64,000 nucleotides of DNA, from IMG/VR virus record IMGVR_UViG_3300020434_000055, one strand, 5' to 3'. The stretch comes from a virus (taxonomy: Duplodnaviria; Caudoviricetes). The notes below the pieces were generated by a model. The model saw nothing but the letters and a program-made list of their open reading frames with translations, had not been told where the DNA came from and ran no database searches. Positions 17,655 through 28,121 of the stretch are shown one piece after another (within the stretch, counting starts at the first letter, position 1; each line of letters begins with the position of its first letter). The translations under genes were made by a program, and so were the position numbers.

Positions 17655-17731
17655 GGGGGTGTAGCTCAGTTGGTTAGAGCGATCGCCTGTCACGCGATAG
17701 GTCGAGGGTTCGAGTCCCTTCACTCCCGCCA
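17655..17731 (+). tRNA. tRNA-Asp(GTC)
   Basis: Canonical cloverleaf, anticodon loop CTGTCAC, TTCGAGT, discriminator G, encoded CCA. Confidence 0.97.
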
Positions 17732-17746
17732 AAAAAGGACCACTAA

Positions 17747-17998
17747 ATGAAATGGATAATAATTTTGTTTTTTATTTTTATATTTGGTTTGCCTATGTAC
17801 GCCTATTATTCGGTAAGCAGTGGACATTTCTTTCAAGTTAACGCAGGGTGTAAAGAGTGTACAGTAGAAGCAGTTGAAAAAATAAAGGCAAAATTAAAAG
17901 CAGAAAATAATATACGAGTAGAAAAAAATAAAAAAGCACTTCATGACGGAACTTATAAAGCAAAACCGTGGGCCGGGTGGCCGTGGGATAGAGAATAA
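17747..17998 (+). CDS. Small membrane-anchored hypothetical protein (CxxC)
   Basis: Hydrophobic N-terminus, GCKEC. Confidence 0.6.
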   Translation: MKWIIILFFIFIFGLPMYAYYSVSSGHFFQVNAGCKECTVEAVEKIKAKLKAENNIRVEKNKKALHDGTYKAKPWAGWPWDRE

Positions 17999-19437
17999 TG
18001 GAACAAGACAAAATACTTAGAGAACGATTTAAAAAAAAATACGAAGCAGGGTTCACTACTAATGTTGAATCAATAACATTACCACCTGGACTTGATGAAA
18101 GTGTTATAGAACAAATCTCAAAAATTAAAAAAGAACCTAAATGGTTACTTGAATTTAGATTAAAAGCATATGAAAGATGGAAATTACTTAAACAACCTGA
18201 CTGGGCTAATCTTGAAATAGAACCAATAGACTATCAAACCATATCATATTATTCAGCACCCAAACCAGGACCCAAGTCATATGATGATGTCGATCCTGAA
18301 ATTAAAAAAGACTTTGAAAAACTTGGTATACCTTTAGGGGAAAGAGCCCAACTTGCAGGTGTGGCTGTTGATGCCGTATTTGATTCTGTATCTGTTGCAA
18401 CTACGTTTAAAGATAAACTAGCAGAACTAGGAATTATATTCTGTCCATTTTCAGATGCAGTACAAAATCATCCAGACCTTGTAAAAAAATATATGGGATC
18501 AGTTATACCTATAAGTGATCATTCATTTGCCGCTTTAAATTCTGCTGTCTTTACAGATGGTTCATTTGTATATGTTCCTCCAGGTGTAAGATGTCCTATG
18601 GAACTATCAACATATTTTAGAATTAATGCGGCTAACACAGGACAATTTGAAAGAACATTAATTATAGCCGATGTAGGAAGTTATGTAAGTTACCTTGAAG
18701 GATGTACTGCTCCAATGAGAGATGAGAGTCAATTACACGCCGCTAATGTAGAACTTGTAGCACTTGATAATGCAGAAATAAAATACTCAACAATACAAAA
18801 TTGGTATCCAGGAGATCCTGTAACAGGTAAAGGTGGCATATACAATTTTGTAACTAAACGTGGAAAATGTAAAGGAAAAAATTCTAAAATTACTTGGACA
18901 CAATTTGAAACTGGATCACGAATAACTTGGAAGTATCCATCGTGTTTGTTAATGGGTGACAACTCTGTAGGAGAATTTTATTCTGTTGCACTTACAAACG
19001 GTAAACAACAAGCAGATACAGGAACTAAAATGATCCATTTAGGTAAAAATACTAAAAGCACAATTATTTCAAAAGGAATATCTGCAGGACATTCTAAAAA
19101 CACATACAGAGGACTTGTAAGAATTTCTAAGAATGCAAGTAACTCAAAAAATTTTACACAATGTGATTCATTAATGTTGGGTAGTCATTGTTCTGCTAGT
19201 ACAGTACCTTATATTGAAAATAAAAATTCAACAAGTAATTGCAGTCACGAAGCCACAACATCTAAACTAGATGATGAACAATTATTTTATATAATGTCGA
19301 GAGGATTAAAAGACGAGGATGCTAGAAATATGCTCGTAATGGGTTTCTGTAAAGAAGTATTTCAAAAACTACCAATGGAATTTGCCGTAGAGGCTAATAA
19401 ACTATTAGAAGTTAGTATGGAAGGAGCAATAGGATAA
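17998..19437 (+). CDS. sufB: Fe-S cluster assembly protein SufB
   Basis: [66 protein letters not shown]. Confidence 0.97.
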   Translation: MEQDKILRERFKKKYEAGFTTNVESITLPPGLDESVIEQISKIKKEPKWLLEFRLKAYERWKLLKQPDWANLEIEPIDYQTISYYSAPKPGPKSYDDVDPEIKKDFEKLGIPLGERAQLAGVAVDAVFDSVSVATTFKDKLAELGIIFCPFSDAVQNHPDLVKKYMGSVIPISDHSFAALNSAVFTDGSFVYVPPGVRCPMELSTYFRINAANTGQFERTLIIADVGSYVSYLEGCTAPMRDESQLHAANVELVALDNAEIKYSTIQNWYPGDPVTGKGGIYNFVTKRGKCKGKNSKITWTQFETGSRITWKYPSCLLMGDNSVGEFYSVALTNGKQQADTGTKMIHLGKNTKSTIISKGISAGHSKNTYRGLVRISKNASNSKNFTQCDSLMLGSHCSASTVPYIENKNSTSNCSHEATTSKLDDEQLFYIMSRGLKDEDARNMLVMGFCKEVFQKLPMEFAVEANKLLEVSMEGAIG

Positions 19438-20399
19438 TGCAAGACTTAATGTATAAAAAAGTTTCTAAAGTTATTCCTGAAATAGAATGGAAATTTCATT
19501 CTCCTTATGTTTATGAAATTAATAAATTAAAAAAAGAAAAGAATGCAGTTATTCTTGCTCACAATTATATGACACCAGAGATATACCATTGTGTTGCTGA
19601 CATAGTAGGAGACTCTTTAAAATTAGCACAAGAATCACAAAAGACAAAAGCAGATACCATTGTAATGTGTGGTGTAAATTTTATGGCTGATACAGCCAAA
19701 ATAATGAATCCAAGTAAAACTGTTTTAATACCTGATCCACAAGCAGGATGTTCTTTAGCAGAATCTATTACAGGCAAAGATGTACGTTTATTAAAAGAAA
19801 GATATCCTGGTGTGCCTGTTGTGACTTATGTAAACACATCTGCTGACGTTAAAGCTGAAACAGATATATGTTGCACATCAGGTAATGCAGTAGAAATTAT
19901 AGAATCGTTAGGAGTAGATAAAGTTATCTTCCTTCCAGATGAATACCTTGCAAAAAATGTAGCCAAACAAACAAAAGTAAAAATTATTACTTGGCATGGT
20001 ACTTGTATAGTTCATGAAAGATTTACAGCACAAGAAATTAGAGAATATAGAAAAGACAATCCAGGTATAACTATTCTAGCCCATCCAGAATGTACACCAG
20101 AAGTTGTTGCTGAAGTAGACTTTACAGGCTCTACATCTAAAATGAGCAACTACGTTAAAGAAAAACAACCTAACAAAGTATTAATGGTTACAGAATGTTC
20201 TATGAGCGATAACGTTTCAATAGAAAATCCTAATGTAGAATTTGTTAGACCTTGCAATTTGTGTCCACATATGAAACGAATTAGTCTTGTAAAAGTATTG
20301 GAATCATTGATGTTAAATATTCACGAAGTAAAAATTGACCAGGAAATCCTAGAAAAAGCTAGACTTCCAATAGAAAGAATGCTACAATTTAGTAAATGA
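19437..20399 (+). CDS. nadA: Quinolinate synthase
   Basis: [63 protein letters not shown]. Confidence 0.97.
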   Translation: MQDLMYKKVSKVIPEIEWKFHSPYVYEINKLKKEKNAVILAHNYMTPEIYHCVADIVGDSLKLAQESQKTKADTIVMCGVNFMADTAKIMNPSKTVLIPDPQAGCSLAESITGKDVRLLKERYPGVPVVTYVNTSADVKAETDICCTSGNAVEIIESLGVDKVIFLPDEYLAKNVAKQTKVKIITWHGTCIVHERFTAQEIREYRKDNPGITILAHPECTPEVVAEVDFTGSTSKMSNYVKEKQPNKVLMVTECSMSDNVSIENPNVEFVRPCNLCPHMKRISLVKVLESLMLNIHEVKIDQEILEKARLPIERMLQFSK

Positions 20400-20554
20400 C
20401 CAAAACAATTTTATTTTCTATAATCATTGTTGTGATTATAATTTTAGGAATTTTGGTTAATTTCTACGATAAAAAATTAGTTAAGGAAATTGCAGAACAC
20501 GAAGAAAAAATGAAAAAGAAAGGTCTTTACAAAAGGCATTTTATAAAAAAATGA
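20396..20554 (+). CDS. Small membrane protein (52 aa), not in ORF track
   Basis: N-terminal TM helix, basic tail; ATGA overlap with nadA stop. Confidence 0.55.
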   Translation: MTKTILFSIIIVVIIILGILVNFYDKKLVKEIAEHEEKMKKKGLYKRHFIKK

Positions 20555-20612
20555 TATCGGTTTATATATTAGTAATTGTGTTCATAGTATTTGCAATCAT
20601 TGTAGGTAATAT

Positions 20613-20726
20613 ATGAAAAATTGGACAATAGGTTTTTTAAAAAAACATTACGGTAAAGGTTCACATAGGTGGGCGTTTTGGTTTGAAGGTATAGTAATTG
20701 GATTATTAGTATATCATTTTTTTATA
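20613..20726 (+). CDS. Micro membrane protein (37 aa), not in ORF track
   Basis: MKNWTIGFLKKHYGKGSHRWAFWFEGIVIGLLVYHFL*. Confidence 0.5.
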
Positions 20727-20728
20727 AT

Positions 20729-21004
20729 ATGAAAACTTTATATAAAAAACTAACTACCTTTTTACTTCTCTATTTTAGATTTGATCTACAATTACATTTC
20801 TTCTGGTCTTTCTTTTTAACTATGTTTGCAATTGTTTGGTTACCATTAGTATGGTTAGGACTTATTGCAACAATTATTAAAGAAGGATTAGACTGGTGGA
20901 GCAAAGGTAAATGGAATTGGGATGACTTCTGGTGTGGCTTTGCTGGTTGGATCTGTGGTGTAATTTTTCTTTATGTTCAATCACTTCCTTTAATCTTTTT
21001 ATAG
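20729..21004 (+). CDS. Small multi-pass membrane protein
   Basis: LHF, KEGLDWW..GKWNWDDFW motif, three hydrophobic segments. Confidence 0.65.
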   Translation: MKTLYKKLTTFLLLYFRFDLQLHFFWSFFLTMFAIVWLPLVWLGLIATIIKEGLDWWSKGKWNWDDFWCGFAGWICGVIFLYVQSLPLIFL

Positions 21005-21005
21005 A

Positions 21006-21081
21006 GCCCCTCTAGCTCATTAGGTAGAGCAACTGATTTGTAATCAGTAGGTGGCCTGTTCGAATCGGGCGGGGGGCACCA
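21006..21081 (+). tRNA. tRNA-Thr(TGT)
   Basis: Canonical cloverleaf, anticodon loop TTTGTAA, TTCGAAT, encoded CCA. Confidence 0.97.
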
Positions 21082-21132
21082 GTTTAATCGGGTGGCATAA
21101 GAGATAAATACATACTTAATAGGAGAATACAA

Positions 21133-21306
21133 ATGATAGAAGAATTAAAAAACTGGATTATTGCTATTGCTAAAGATTTTGTTAATGGTACAACTGCTGG
21201 TGCAGGCGAACTATGTGACGAAACAGTAGAAACTGCAGGTACAATTTGCGACGAAACTAAAAAAGCAAATGCAAGTTTCGTTAAAGCAATAATGGACAGT
21301 ATATAA
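21133..21306 (+). CDS. Hypothetical protein (57 aa), not in ORF track
   Basis: MIEELKNWII...KAIMDSI*; TAAATA and AGGAG SD upstream. Confidence 0.65.
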   Translation: MIEELKNWIIAIAKDFVNGTTAGAGELCDETVETAGTICDETKKANASFVKAIMDSI

Positions 21307-21315
21307 GGAGACGTT

Positions 21316-21480
21316 ATGTGGAAACCAGATCTTAAAAAACTTACTGATCCAATTAAAAAAGCTAAAGACAAAGCTGTTGGAGTTGGTAAAGGGCTAGGAG
21401 AAAATGCCAAAAATATTGGTAAAGATTCTGTAGGTAAAGTTAAAAGTGGAATTAAGAAATTAAACCCTTTTAAAAAATAA
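21316..21480 (+). CDS. Basic hypothetical protein (54 aa), not in ORF track
   Basis: MWKPDLKKL...KKLNPFKK*; GGAG SD. Confidence 0.65.
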   Translation: MWKPDLKKLTDPIKKAKDKAVGVGKGLGENAKNIGKDSVGKVKSGIKKLNPFKK

Positions 21481-21503
21481 ACTAACTGATAGGGAGACTA
21501 GTT

Positions 21504-21797
21504 ATGTGGAAATGGCTAGAAAAAGTAATTGGTACATACGACCCGACGGGTACATACGACAAGCCTTTGCGTTTAACCAAAGAATATAAAAAACCTAAAC
21601 GAGCAAGAACTAAATTAGGTAGATACAGAGCGGACGATAAATCTACTGCTGATCATAATGAAGCTTGGGTAGGTGGAAGAAAACCTAGAAAGAAACGTAA
21701 AGTTTATACAATACGGGGCAAAAAATATGTCCTTAAAAAAGGCAAAAAGAAAGCCAAAAAAGATCCGTACGCAGGTAAGTGGCAAGGTAACATCTAG
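21504..21797 (+). CDS. Basic phage hypothetical protein
   Basis: KRARTK.G.Y.ADDKST.D.NEAWVGG motif that I recall from marine myovirus proteins; GGGAG SD. Confidence 0.7.
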   Translation: MWKWLEKVIGTYDPTGTYDKPLRLTKEYKKPKRARTKLGRYRADDKSTADHNEAWVGGRKPRKKRKVYTIRGKKYVLKKGKKKAKKDPYAGKWQGNI

Positions 21798-21881
21798 AAA
21801 GAAAAGATTAACACCTTACGAAATTTATTTAAAAATATTAGAAGACCCTTCTTACGTTTTTAAGGACGATAAAAAATAAAC

Positions 21882-22073
21882 TTATTTGTAATAGTCTAAA
21901 TCTTTTTCCTTCTTGAACTTACTTAAAATCTTTTGTACAAATTCAACAACGTATCCAGTCCATTGTACAAGCAATGCCCATATTATTACACTTAAAAATA
22001 ATACTACGCAAGTTGGAATCCATATCATAAAGAATAAGGCACTTCCTATAGTTTCTATTATATTTTTTACCAT
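21882..22073 (-). CDS. Small membrane protein
   Basis: Long hydrophobic stretch; overlaps hemF stop. Confidence 0.55.
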   Translation of the reverse strand: MVKNIIETIGSALFFMIWIPTCVVLFLSVIIWALLVQWTGYVVEFVQKILSKFKKEKDLDYYK

Positions 22074-22903
22074 TTGACCTCCGGTGGTAACGACATTAAT
22101 ATTGCGTCCATATTTCCTCCTGTTTGTAATCCAAATTTTGTTCCACGATCATACATTAAATTAAATTCAACGTACCTTCCTCTTTTAAATAATTGTTTTT
22201 CTTTATCCTTTTCATCCCAAACATAATTTTGATTTTGTAAAACAATATTACTCATAAGAGAATTAAAAGTTCTACCAATATCTTTCACAAATTCCATATC
22301 TTTATCAAAGTCTTTAAAATGATAATCAAAAAATAAACCACCTATACCACGAGGCTCTTTTCTGTGTGGCAAATAAAAGTATTCATCGCACCACTCAGAA
22401 AACTTAGAATAATACTCTTCATCGTGTTTGTTACACATTAATTCGAGTTGAGTATGGTACCAATCTTTTTGTTTATCATTTTCAATACAAGGAGTAACAT
22501 CCATTCCGCCACCGAACCAACATTTCGTAGTACAAATAAATCTAGTATTAAAATGCATTGCAGGAATTTTAGGATTCTTTGGATGTAGAACAACCGAAAT
22601 ACCTGACGCCCAATAATTAGGATCTTTCTCTGTACCTGGTATTTGTTTTCTCATAAGGTCATTAAACTCTCCTGTTACTCTTGAATAATTTACCGTTCCT
22701 TTTTCAAAAACATTTCCTTGAATAACAAAATGTTCTTGATACCATCCTTCTCTTTGTGAAGTTTTATGGCTTTTCATTTTAGCAGGATTTGTTGGATAAA
22801 ATTCTTTTTCTAATGCATCTATATTTTTACGAATGTCATGTTGTAAAGATTGAAACCAAGTAGTAGCTATCTCTTGGTATTTTAATTTTGATTTGATTTT
22901 CAC
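22067..22903 (-). CDS. hemF: Oxygen-dependent coproporphyrinogen III oxidase
   Basis: GNVFEKG.VNYS.V.G, WASGISVVLHP.NP.IP.MHFN.R, WFGGGMD.TP, CDEYFYLPHR.E.RGIGGLFFD, RGRYVEFNL.YDRGT.FGL. Confidence 0.97.
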   Translation of the reverse strand: MKIKSKLKYQEIATTWFQSLQHDIRKNIDALEKEFYPTNPAKMKSHKTSQREGWYQEHFVIQGNVFEKGTVNYSRVTGEFNDLMRKQIPGTEKDPNYWASGISVVLHPKNPKIPAMHFNTRFICTTKCWFGGGMDVTPCIENDKQKDWYHTQLELMCNKHDEEYYSKFSEWCDEYFYLPHRKEPRGIGGLFFDYHFKDFDKDMEFVKDIGRTFNSLMSNIVLQNQNYVWDEKDKEKQLFKRGRYVEFNLMYDRGTKFGLQTGGNMDAILMSLPPEVKW

Positions 22904-23109
22904 GGTAGTAATTCTATTTCAACAGGTATAACTGGTACTGCAACCGCAACATTTCGTTCTTCTGCAAATGTTTCTGTTTCAGGTAATATAAAAGTTTCAT
23001 TAAGTAAATTTTTAGGTACTCCTATTTTAAGAGGTGCGTGTTGTTGTTGACCACAAGCACTTAATAATAAAAATAATATTATACTAATTCTTAATAATCC
23101 CATTGGCAA
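22900..23109 (-). CDS. Putative small lipoprotein
   Basis: Hydrophobic N-terminus with LSAC lipobox. Confidence 0.5.
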   Translation of the reverse strand: MPMGLLRISIILFLLLSACGQQQHAPLKIGVPKNLLNETFILPETETFAEERNVAVAVPVIPVEIELLP

Positions 23110-23527
23110 TTAATTTCTTCTTATTCTTTTTATGCTGATTTTGAATAAGTTTTTTGTTTTGTCCATAGTAAGCTACTGCATAGCCTTCTTTACACATTTG
23201 AAGATTAATGTTTTTACCACTAATAAAAACCTCTCCTAATATTCTTCCAAACTTTCCTGTTTGTTCTCCTTTATGTGTTTTAATCGTTAATCTTTTACCA
23301 ACTGCTAATTTGTCTTTTAAATATTTTTTAGATAATAGTCCTAATTTCTTTTCTTCAAGATCTCTTGTTCTGCTTTCAGGAGTATCTATACCAAATAATC
23401 TAACTCTACTTTTATATTTGATATCAAATCCCATATCTATTCTAACGTCTATTGTATCTCCATCAACAACTTTTAAAACTTTATCAATACGATATGAAAA
23501 ATCTGTTGGGTCTCCTAATTTTGCCAT
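23084..23527 (-). CDS. Thermonuclease (SNase-like) family protein
   Basis: KVVDGDTIDV..D.GF, RVRLFGIDTPESRT, GKFGRILG, IN..M..EGYA..Y.G. Confidence 0.9.
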   Translation of the reverse strand: MAKLGDPTDFSYRIDKVLKVVDGDTIDVRIDMGFDIKYKSRVRLFGIDTPESRTRDLEEKKLGLLSKKYLKDKLAVGKRLTIKTHKGEQTGKFGRILGEVFISGKNINLQMCKEGYAVAYYGQNKKLIQNQHKKNKKKLIANGIIKN

Positions 23528-23868
23528 TAACTTCCTTTCCCTGGTTTCTCACTAAAATGTTTTATTTTATCTTTAACGTCTCGCCATTTTGCCTCATCGG
23601 CAGGAACGTCTTCCGGTCTCTTTTTACTTATATTGGGCCACTGAACACTATATTTCTTATTGAAGTCAACCCATTCATTGGCTCCGTCATCTGTATCTGG
23701 TTGTATAGCACTTACCGGACATTCAATTTCACAAACTCCACAATCAATACACTCATCTGGATGTATTACAAGCATATTTTCTCCTTCATAAAAGCAATCC
23801 ACTGGACATACTTCCATACAATCCATTAATTTACATTTAATACAATTTTGGTTAACAATATAAGTCAT
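23527..23868 (-). CDS. fdxA: Ferredoxin, FdxA-type (7Fe/8Fe)
   Basis: [52 protein letters not shown]. Confidence 0.95.
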   Translation of the reverse strand: MTYIVNQNCIKCKLMDCMEVCPVDCFYEGENMLVIHPDECIDCGVCEIECPVSAIQPDTDDGANEWVDFNKKYSVQWPNISKKRPEDVPADEAKWRDVKDKIKHFSEKPGKGS

Positions 23869-24545
23869 TAAAAAATTATCCTTGTAAGTTTTTTAGCACA
23901 ATCTTTCATACCATTAGTATGCCATACAATATTCTTCTTGGGTACAGCAGTATATAGTTCTATCTTTTTTAATTCTGGGTCACGAAGTTCTTTATCAGTA
24001 TCTAAACATAATGCATCAGGGTGTATACCTAGTTTCATTGCTTCTTTAGTTACGTGTTGTACAGGTTTAGTTTTTAATTCTCCTGCTTTTTCTAAATATG
24101 GTACTGGTGCATATAAAATAATCTTTACATTTTCACGCATACGCATTTCTCGTATTGATTCCAACACAACCAAGTTTTCCATATCACCTACATTACCACC
24201 TATAACTGTAATTGTTTTATCAGCATTTGTATTAACTATCCATTGTCTTATTGCTTCTGTAACGTGCGGTGTGACTTGTACTGTAGCACCTAAATAATCT
24301 CCTTTACGTTCTTTAACAATTATATCATCCATTATTTGTCCAATGGTTATGTAATTGTTTGTTTTAGGTTTTAGAACATTTAAACAAGGATCAAGATACT
24401 TGTAGGAAGAACTTCCTTTTATATTTTTTTGGATTTCTTTTGCGAGACCGACTTTATTTAGAGCTGAATGAACACCACTTACAATTACGCAATGGGTTTT
24501 ATTTTTTGTCCTTGTCGTCTTTTTTGACTTCTTCAAAGTCTGCAT
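23868..24545 (-). CDS. Truncated, degenerate CTP synthase (PyrG) synthetase domain
   Basis: [48 protein letters not shown] retained; P-loop degenerate; internal deletion; no glutaminase domain. Confidence 0.8.
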   Translation of the reverse strand: MQTLKKSKKTTRTKNKTHCVIVSGVHSALNKVGLAKEIQKNIKGSSSYKYLDPCLNVLKPKTNNYITIGQIMDDIIVKERKGDYLGATVQVTPHVTEAIRQWIVNTNADKTITVIGGNVGDMENLVVLESIREMRMRENVKIILYAPVPYLEKAGELKTKPVQHVTKEAMKLGIHPDALCLDTDKELRDPELKKIELYTAVPKKNIVWHTNGMKDCAKKLTRIIF

Positions 24546-26418
24546 CTACAACATCTTCTTTCTTGCCATCATCTTTTGGTGTTTCAGTAGTTGTTTCTCC
24601 TTTACCTTGATCAGGTTGAGAGTCTTTGTATACTGCTTCACCTAGTTTCATGGAAGCACTTACTAGGTCGCTAACTTTTTTCTTAATGTCTTCTGAGTCA
24701 GTTCCTTTAAGTGATTCTTGTAGAGCTTCTTTTGCCTTAATGATATTCTCTTTATCTTCTGCAGATATCTTTTCACCGTGTTCTTTTAAATTCTTATCTA
24801 CTTCGTGTAATATAGAATCTGCCTGGTTTCTACTATCAACTTCATCACGTTTCTTTTGATCTGCCTCTTTATTAGCTTCAGCTTCTTTAACCATTGTCTC
24901 AATTTCAGCTTCAGTTAATCCACCATCTGATTTGATTGTAATTTGTTGTTCTTTACCTGTGCCTTTATCTTTAGCAGATACACTTAAGATACCATTTGCA
25001 TCAATATCAAATGTTACTTCAATTTGTGGAATGCCTCTTGGTGCTGGTGGAATTCCTTCTAGATTAAAACTACCAAGCATTTTATTATCAGCCATCATTT
25101 GTCTTTCACCTTGAGCTACTCTAATTGTAACTGCCGCCTGATTGTTTTCGGCTGTAGAAAATATTTGACTTTTCTTTGTTGGTATTGTTGTATTCTTTTC
25201 AATTAATTTAGTTGTAACTGCTCCTAGTGTTTCAATACCAAGTGATAAAGGTGTTACGTCTAATAACAATACATCTTTAACATCACCTTGTAATACTCCA
25301 CCTTGAATTGCGGCACCCATTGCCACTACTTCATCTGGATTAACTCCTACGTGTGGTTCTCTACCAAAGAAACTTTTAACTGTTTCAACAACTTTTGGCA
25401 TACGAGTCATACCACCTACTAACACTACTTCACCTATTTGATTAGCATTCAAGCCAGCATCTTTTAATGCTGTTTTGCAAGGTTGAATAGTTCTTTTAAT
25501 TAAATCTTCTACAAGCAATTCAAATTTTGCTCTTGTAAGTTTTACGTTTAAATGTTTTGGTCCTGTTTTATCAGCAGTAATAAATGGCAAATTAATATCT
25601 GTTTGAGCTGTAGAGGATAATTCACATTTTGCTTTTTCTGCCGCTTCTCTAACTCTTTGGATCGCCATCTTATCTTGTGTTAAATCGATACCGCTATCCT
25701 TTTTAAATTCTTTTGCTAGATAATCTGTTAAAACTCTATCAAAGTCTTCTCCTCCTAATGTTGTATCTCCATTAGTAGATTTAACTTCAAATACTCCGTC
25801 ACCTAATTCTAATATTGAAATATCAAATGTACCACCACCTAAGTCGTACACTGCAATAGTACCTGATTTCTTTTTATCTAAACCATATGCAAGTGCCGCC
25901 GCCGTTGGTTCATTTATAATTCTTTCTACTTCTAATCCTGCAATAATTCCTGCATTCTTTGTTTCTGTTCTTTGTCTATCATTAAAGTATGCTGGTACAG
26001 TTACCACAGCTTTTTTAACTTCTTGACCGAGATATTTTTCTGCGGTCTCTTTCATCTTCTGAAGTACTTTTGCTGAAATTTCTGTTGGTGAATATTCTTT
26101 GCCGTTTGCTTTAACCCAAGCATCACCTTTTTTAGACTTAATAATTTCGAATGGTAGTGTTTTAATATCCTTTTGAACTGCTTCTCCTTCAAAAGTTCTA
26201 CCTATTAATCTTTTGGTAGCGAAAATCGTATTTTTGGAATTACCAACTGCTTGTCTCTTCGCTGGTGATCCAACTAACGTTTCGTCGGCTGTAAAAGCAA
26301 CTACCGATGGAGTAGTCCTTGTTCCTTCATTATTCTCTAGTACTTTGGCGTCCTTGCCTTCCATGACAGCAACGCAACTATTGGTAGTACCTAAGTCAAT
26401 ACCTATAATTTTACTCAT
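24499..26418 (-). CDS. dnaK: Chaperone DnaK (Hsp70)
   Basis: [65 protein letters not shown]-terminal DADFEEV. Confidence 0.99.
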   Translation of the reverse strand: MSKIIGIDLGTTNSCVAVMEGKDAKVLENNEGTRTTPSVVAFTADETLVGSPAKRQAVGNSKNTIFATKRLIGRTFEGEAVQKDIKTLPFEIIKSKKGDAWVKANGKEYSPTEISAKVLQKMKETAEKYLGQEVKKAVVTVPAYFNDRQRTETKNAGIIAGLEVERIINEPTAAALAYGLDKKKSGTIAVYDLGGGTFDISILELGDGVFEVKSTNGDTTLGGEDFDRVLTDYLAKEFKKDSGIDLTQDKMAIQRVREAAEKAKCELSSTAQTDINLPFITADKTGPKHLNVKLTRAKFELLVEDLIKRTIQPCKTALKDAGLNANQIGEVVLVGGMTRMPKVVETVKSFFGREPHVGVNPDEVVAMGAAIQGGVLQGDVKDVLLLDVTPLSLGIETLGAVTTKLIEKNTTIPTKKSQIFSTAENNQAAVTIRVAQGERQMMADNKMLGSFNLEGIPPAPRGIPQIEVTFDIDANGILSVSAKDKGTGKEQQITIKSDGGLTEAEIETMVKEAEANKEADQKKRDEVDSRNQADSILHEVDKNLKEHGEKISAEDKENIIKAKEALQESLKGTDSEDIKKKVSDLVSASMKLGEAVYKDSQPDQGKGETTTETPKDDGKKEDVVDADFEEVKKDDKDKK

Positions 26419-26438
26419 AATTTTTATTTCTCCTTTAT

Positions 26439-26467
26439 ATTATATACATATAATGATGATTTGTCAA
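26439..26467 (-). promoter_or_regulatory. Consensus sigma70 promoter of dnaK
   Basis: TTGACA-17-TATAAT on the minus strand. Confidence 0.8.
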
Positions 26468-26704
26468 TTGTCAAGAGCACTTTGGTGAAATTTATTAGTG
26501 AATAGTATCAAAAGGCCCCGCACAACCATGTTCTTCAATAAAATTTATGTTTTTTACTGCCACCCAGGGTTCATTTTTGGACAATGTGTCCCAGGCATCT
26601 GATATATCCATGGCATAGACACCATAGGCTTGATTGTAAGGAAAATGTATTATGTATAACTTAATTGCATAATTTAACATATTATACATTTAGTTATTAT
26701 GGAA

Positions 26705-27070
26705 TTATTCTTGGAATCCTTCTGGTACTTCAGTGATGACGTCAAAAGTGTAATAAAGAAGACAACCCATTTCACTTCCTGGAAGAGTTAACATAGAGAA
26801 TTTTTTCGTTCTGTCCTCATCATAAAATGTTGTTATCATATAAACAGGAGCACCATTTGGGTCTCCATCTTGTCTACCTAAACTATACTCTTGTGCTGTA
26901 AAGCCCATACGTTTAAGTTTGTCTTTAGCATGGTCTTTGGTAGAGCAAACTACAGGAATTTGTTGCCACTCAAATCCTTCTAAGGACCAATCCTCATACT
27001 TTGGTTCTTCAGCTTGTACATTAAAAAGCATAAAAAACACAATAACAAATGATAATAAAAACGTTCTCAT
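26705..27070 (-). CDS. Secreted hypothetical protein with two Cys
   Basis: Signal peptide ending NVQA. Confidence 0.7.
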   Translation of the reverse strand: MRTFLLSFVIVFFMLFNVQAEEPKYEDWSLEGFEWQQIPVVCSTKDHAKDKLKRMGFTAQEYSLGRQDGDPNGAPVYMITTFYDEDRTKKFSMLTLPGSEMGCLLYYTFDVITEVPEGFQE

Positions 27071-27118
27071 CGCTTGTTATTTAGAGTCGTTTGATTACTA
27101 CTTCTAATACACTTTAAC

Positions 27119-27382
27119 TTATTTTCTTCGTTTTGATTTCTTTTTGGATTTCTTTTTTGTTTTAGGTTTGATAAGTTTCTTTTTAAAACGTGAGAATTTT
27201 TTAAATTTAGATTTAAAACGATTTGCTCCTGTGTCCTCACTTCTCATCCCATACGGAATTTGCTGAACTTTACCTCCCTTTTTAAGGAAAGCCTTCATTA
27301 ATTTTTCAGCTTCTTTTCGTTTGGCTTCTTGAGCCTCTAGAGAACGGTGACCACCGTCGTCGTCTGTACTATAACCTTTCAT
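27119..27382 (-). CDS. Basic phage hypothetical protein
   Basis: FLKKGGKVQQIP motif, Lys-rich tail. Confidence 0.65.
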   Translation of the reverse strand: MKGYSTDDDGGHRSLEAQEAKRKEAEKLMKAFLKKGGKVQQIPYGMRSEDTGANRFKSKFKKFSRFKKKLIKPKTKKKSKKKSKRRK

Positions 27383-27413
27383 AATGTCTTACGACATTAT
27401 ATACTCAATTAAG

Positions 27414-27542
27414 TTATGCGTTAATGAAGTTTTGGATATGAAGCCAAGCAGTTTGAGTCCACTCAATGATATGACTCGCCCATTGAGGTTGTACAAGATA
27501 GATGTACATTCCAATTGCTCCAAATATTATACCTTTTATCAT
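27414..27542 (-). CDS. Small membrane protein (42 aa), not in ORF track
   Basis: MIKGIIFGAIGMYIYLVQPQWASHIIEWTQTAWLHIQNFINA*; GAAAGG SD and TTGACA-17-TACAAT promoter (27597-27569) upstream. Confidence 0.65.
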   Translation of the reverse strand: MIKGIIFGAIGMYIYLVQPQWASHIIEWTQTAWLHIQNFINA

Positions 27543-27604
27543 AATCAGCCTTTGTTGCCTTTCTTACTATTGTAAGCTCTTTGTACCAAATTGTCAATAT
27601 GGAA

Positions 27605-27623
27605 AGAATCCGCTATTTTATTG
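27605..27623 (-). repeat. 19-bp direct repeat, copy 1 (CAATAAAATAGCGGATTCT on minus strand)
   Basis: Identical to 30056-30074; lies 7 nt upstream of a -35 box. Confidence 0.85.
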
Positions 27624-27691
27624 ACTAATATGGTAAAAATACCTTTTGAATAAGCAATAATGCAATAGCCATACCCATCCAAAACCATAAT

Positions 27692-28021
27692 TTATTGTTT
27701 TCTTTTAAAAAGTTCTTGAACTTCTTCATTTAAATCTTCTAATGTTATTTCATCTACAGGAGTGCCGTCTTCCTTTATTGCTTTTTCTTGTTCCGGTTTT
27801 TCCTTGTCTTTAGTTTCTTGTTCTTGTTTCTTTTTATCTTTGGCTTTTTGTCCCCATCCATCATATGACATATCAGTTAATGGATCTTTTATTTCTTTTA
27901 CATTAGTAACTTTATATCCTGGAAAACGAGTTTCGATGTCTGTTCCAGTATCACTATAAACAAAAGTTTTAATAGTCTTCTCAGGTAATTTTAATTTAAA
28001 TTGCCAAGCTCTTTGAGTCAT
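27692..28021 (-). CDS. Hypothetical protein
   Basis: ORF track. Confidence 0.6.
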   Translation of the reverse strand: MTQRAWQFKLKLPEKTIKTFVYSDTGTDIETRFPGYKVTNVKEIKDPLTDMSYDGWGQKAKDKKKQEQETKDKEKPEQEKAIKEDGTPVDEITLEDLNEEVQELFKRKQ

Positions 28022-28121
28022 TTTTTTATTCTTTCCTTTTCAAGAATTTTTACTCTTTTATGCCAAGCCCATACACTTATTCCGCTGGCTATTTTTTCTA
28101 TTATATGATAGATATAATTCA

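Noticed and set aside
21084-21410. Minus-strand 108-aa ORF in the track
   Set aside because: Antisense shadow of two plus-strand ORFs (21133-21306, 21316-21480) that have clear SD sequences.
23208-25114. Plus-strand ORFs 23208, 23452, 23938, 24626 and 24932
   Set aside because: Antisense shadows of the nuclease, fdxA, pyrG-like and dnaK genes. The same applies to 1562, 4885, 6556, 6808, 15382, 17443, 18729, 19565, 26213, 32648, 34561, 37287-38596, 39978-42256, 43423-46848, 48297-49262, 53002, 55120-57394, 57624 and 58917-59798.
27384-27575. Plus-strand 63-aa ORF in the track
   Set aside because: Overlaps a minus-strand ORF (27414-27542) that has an SD and promoter and matches the orientation of the block.
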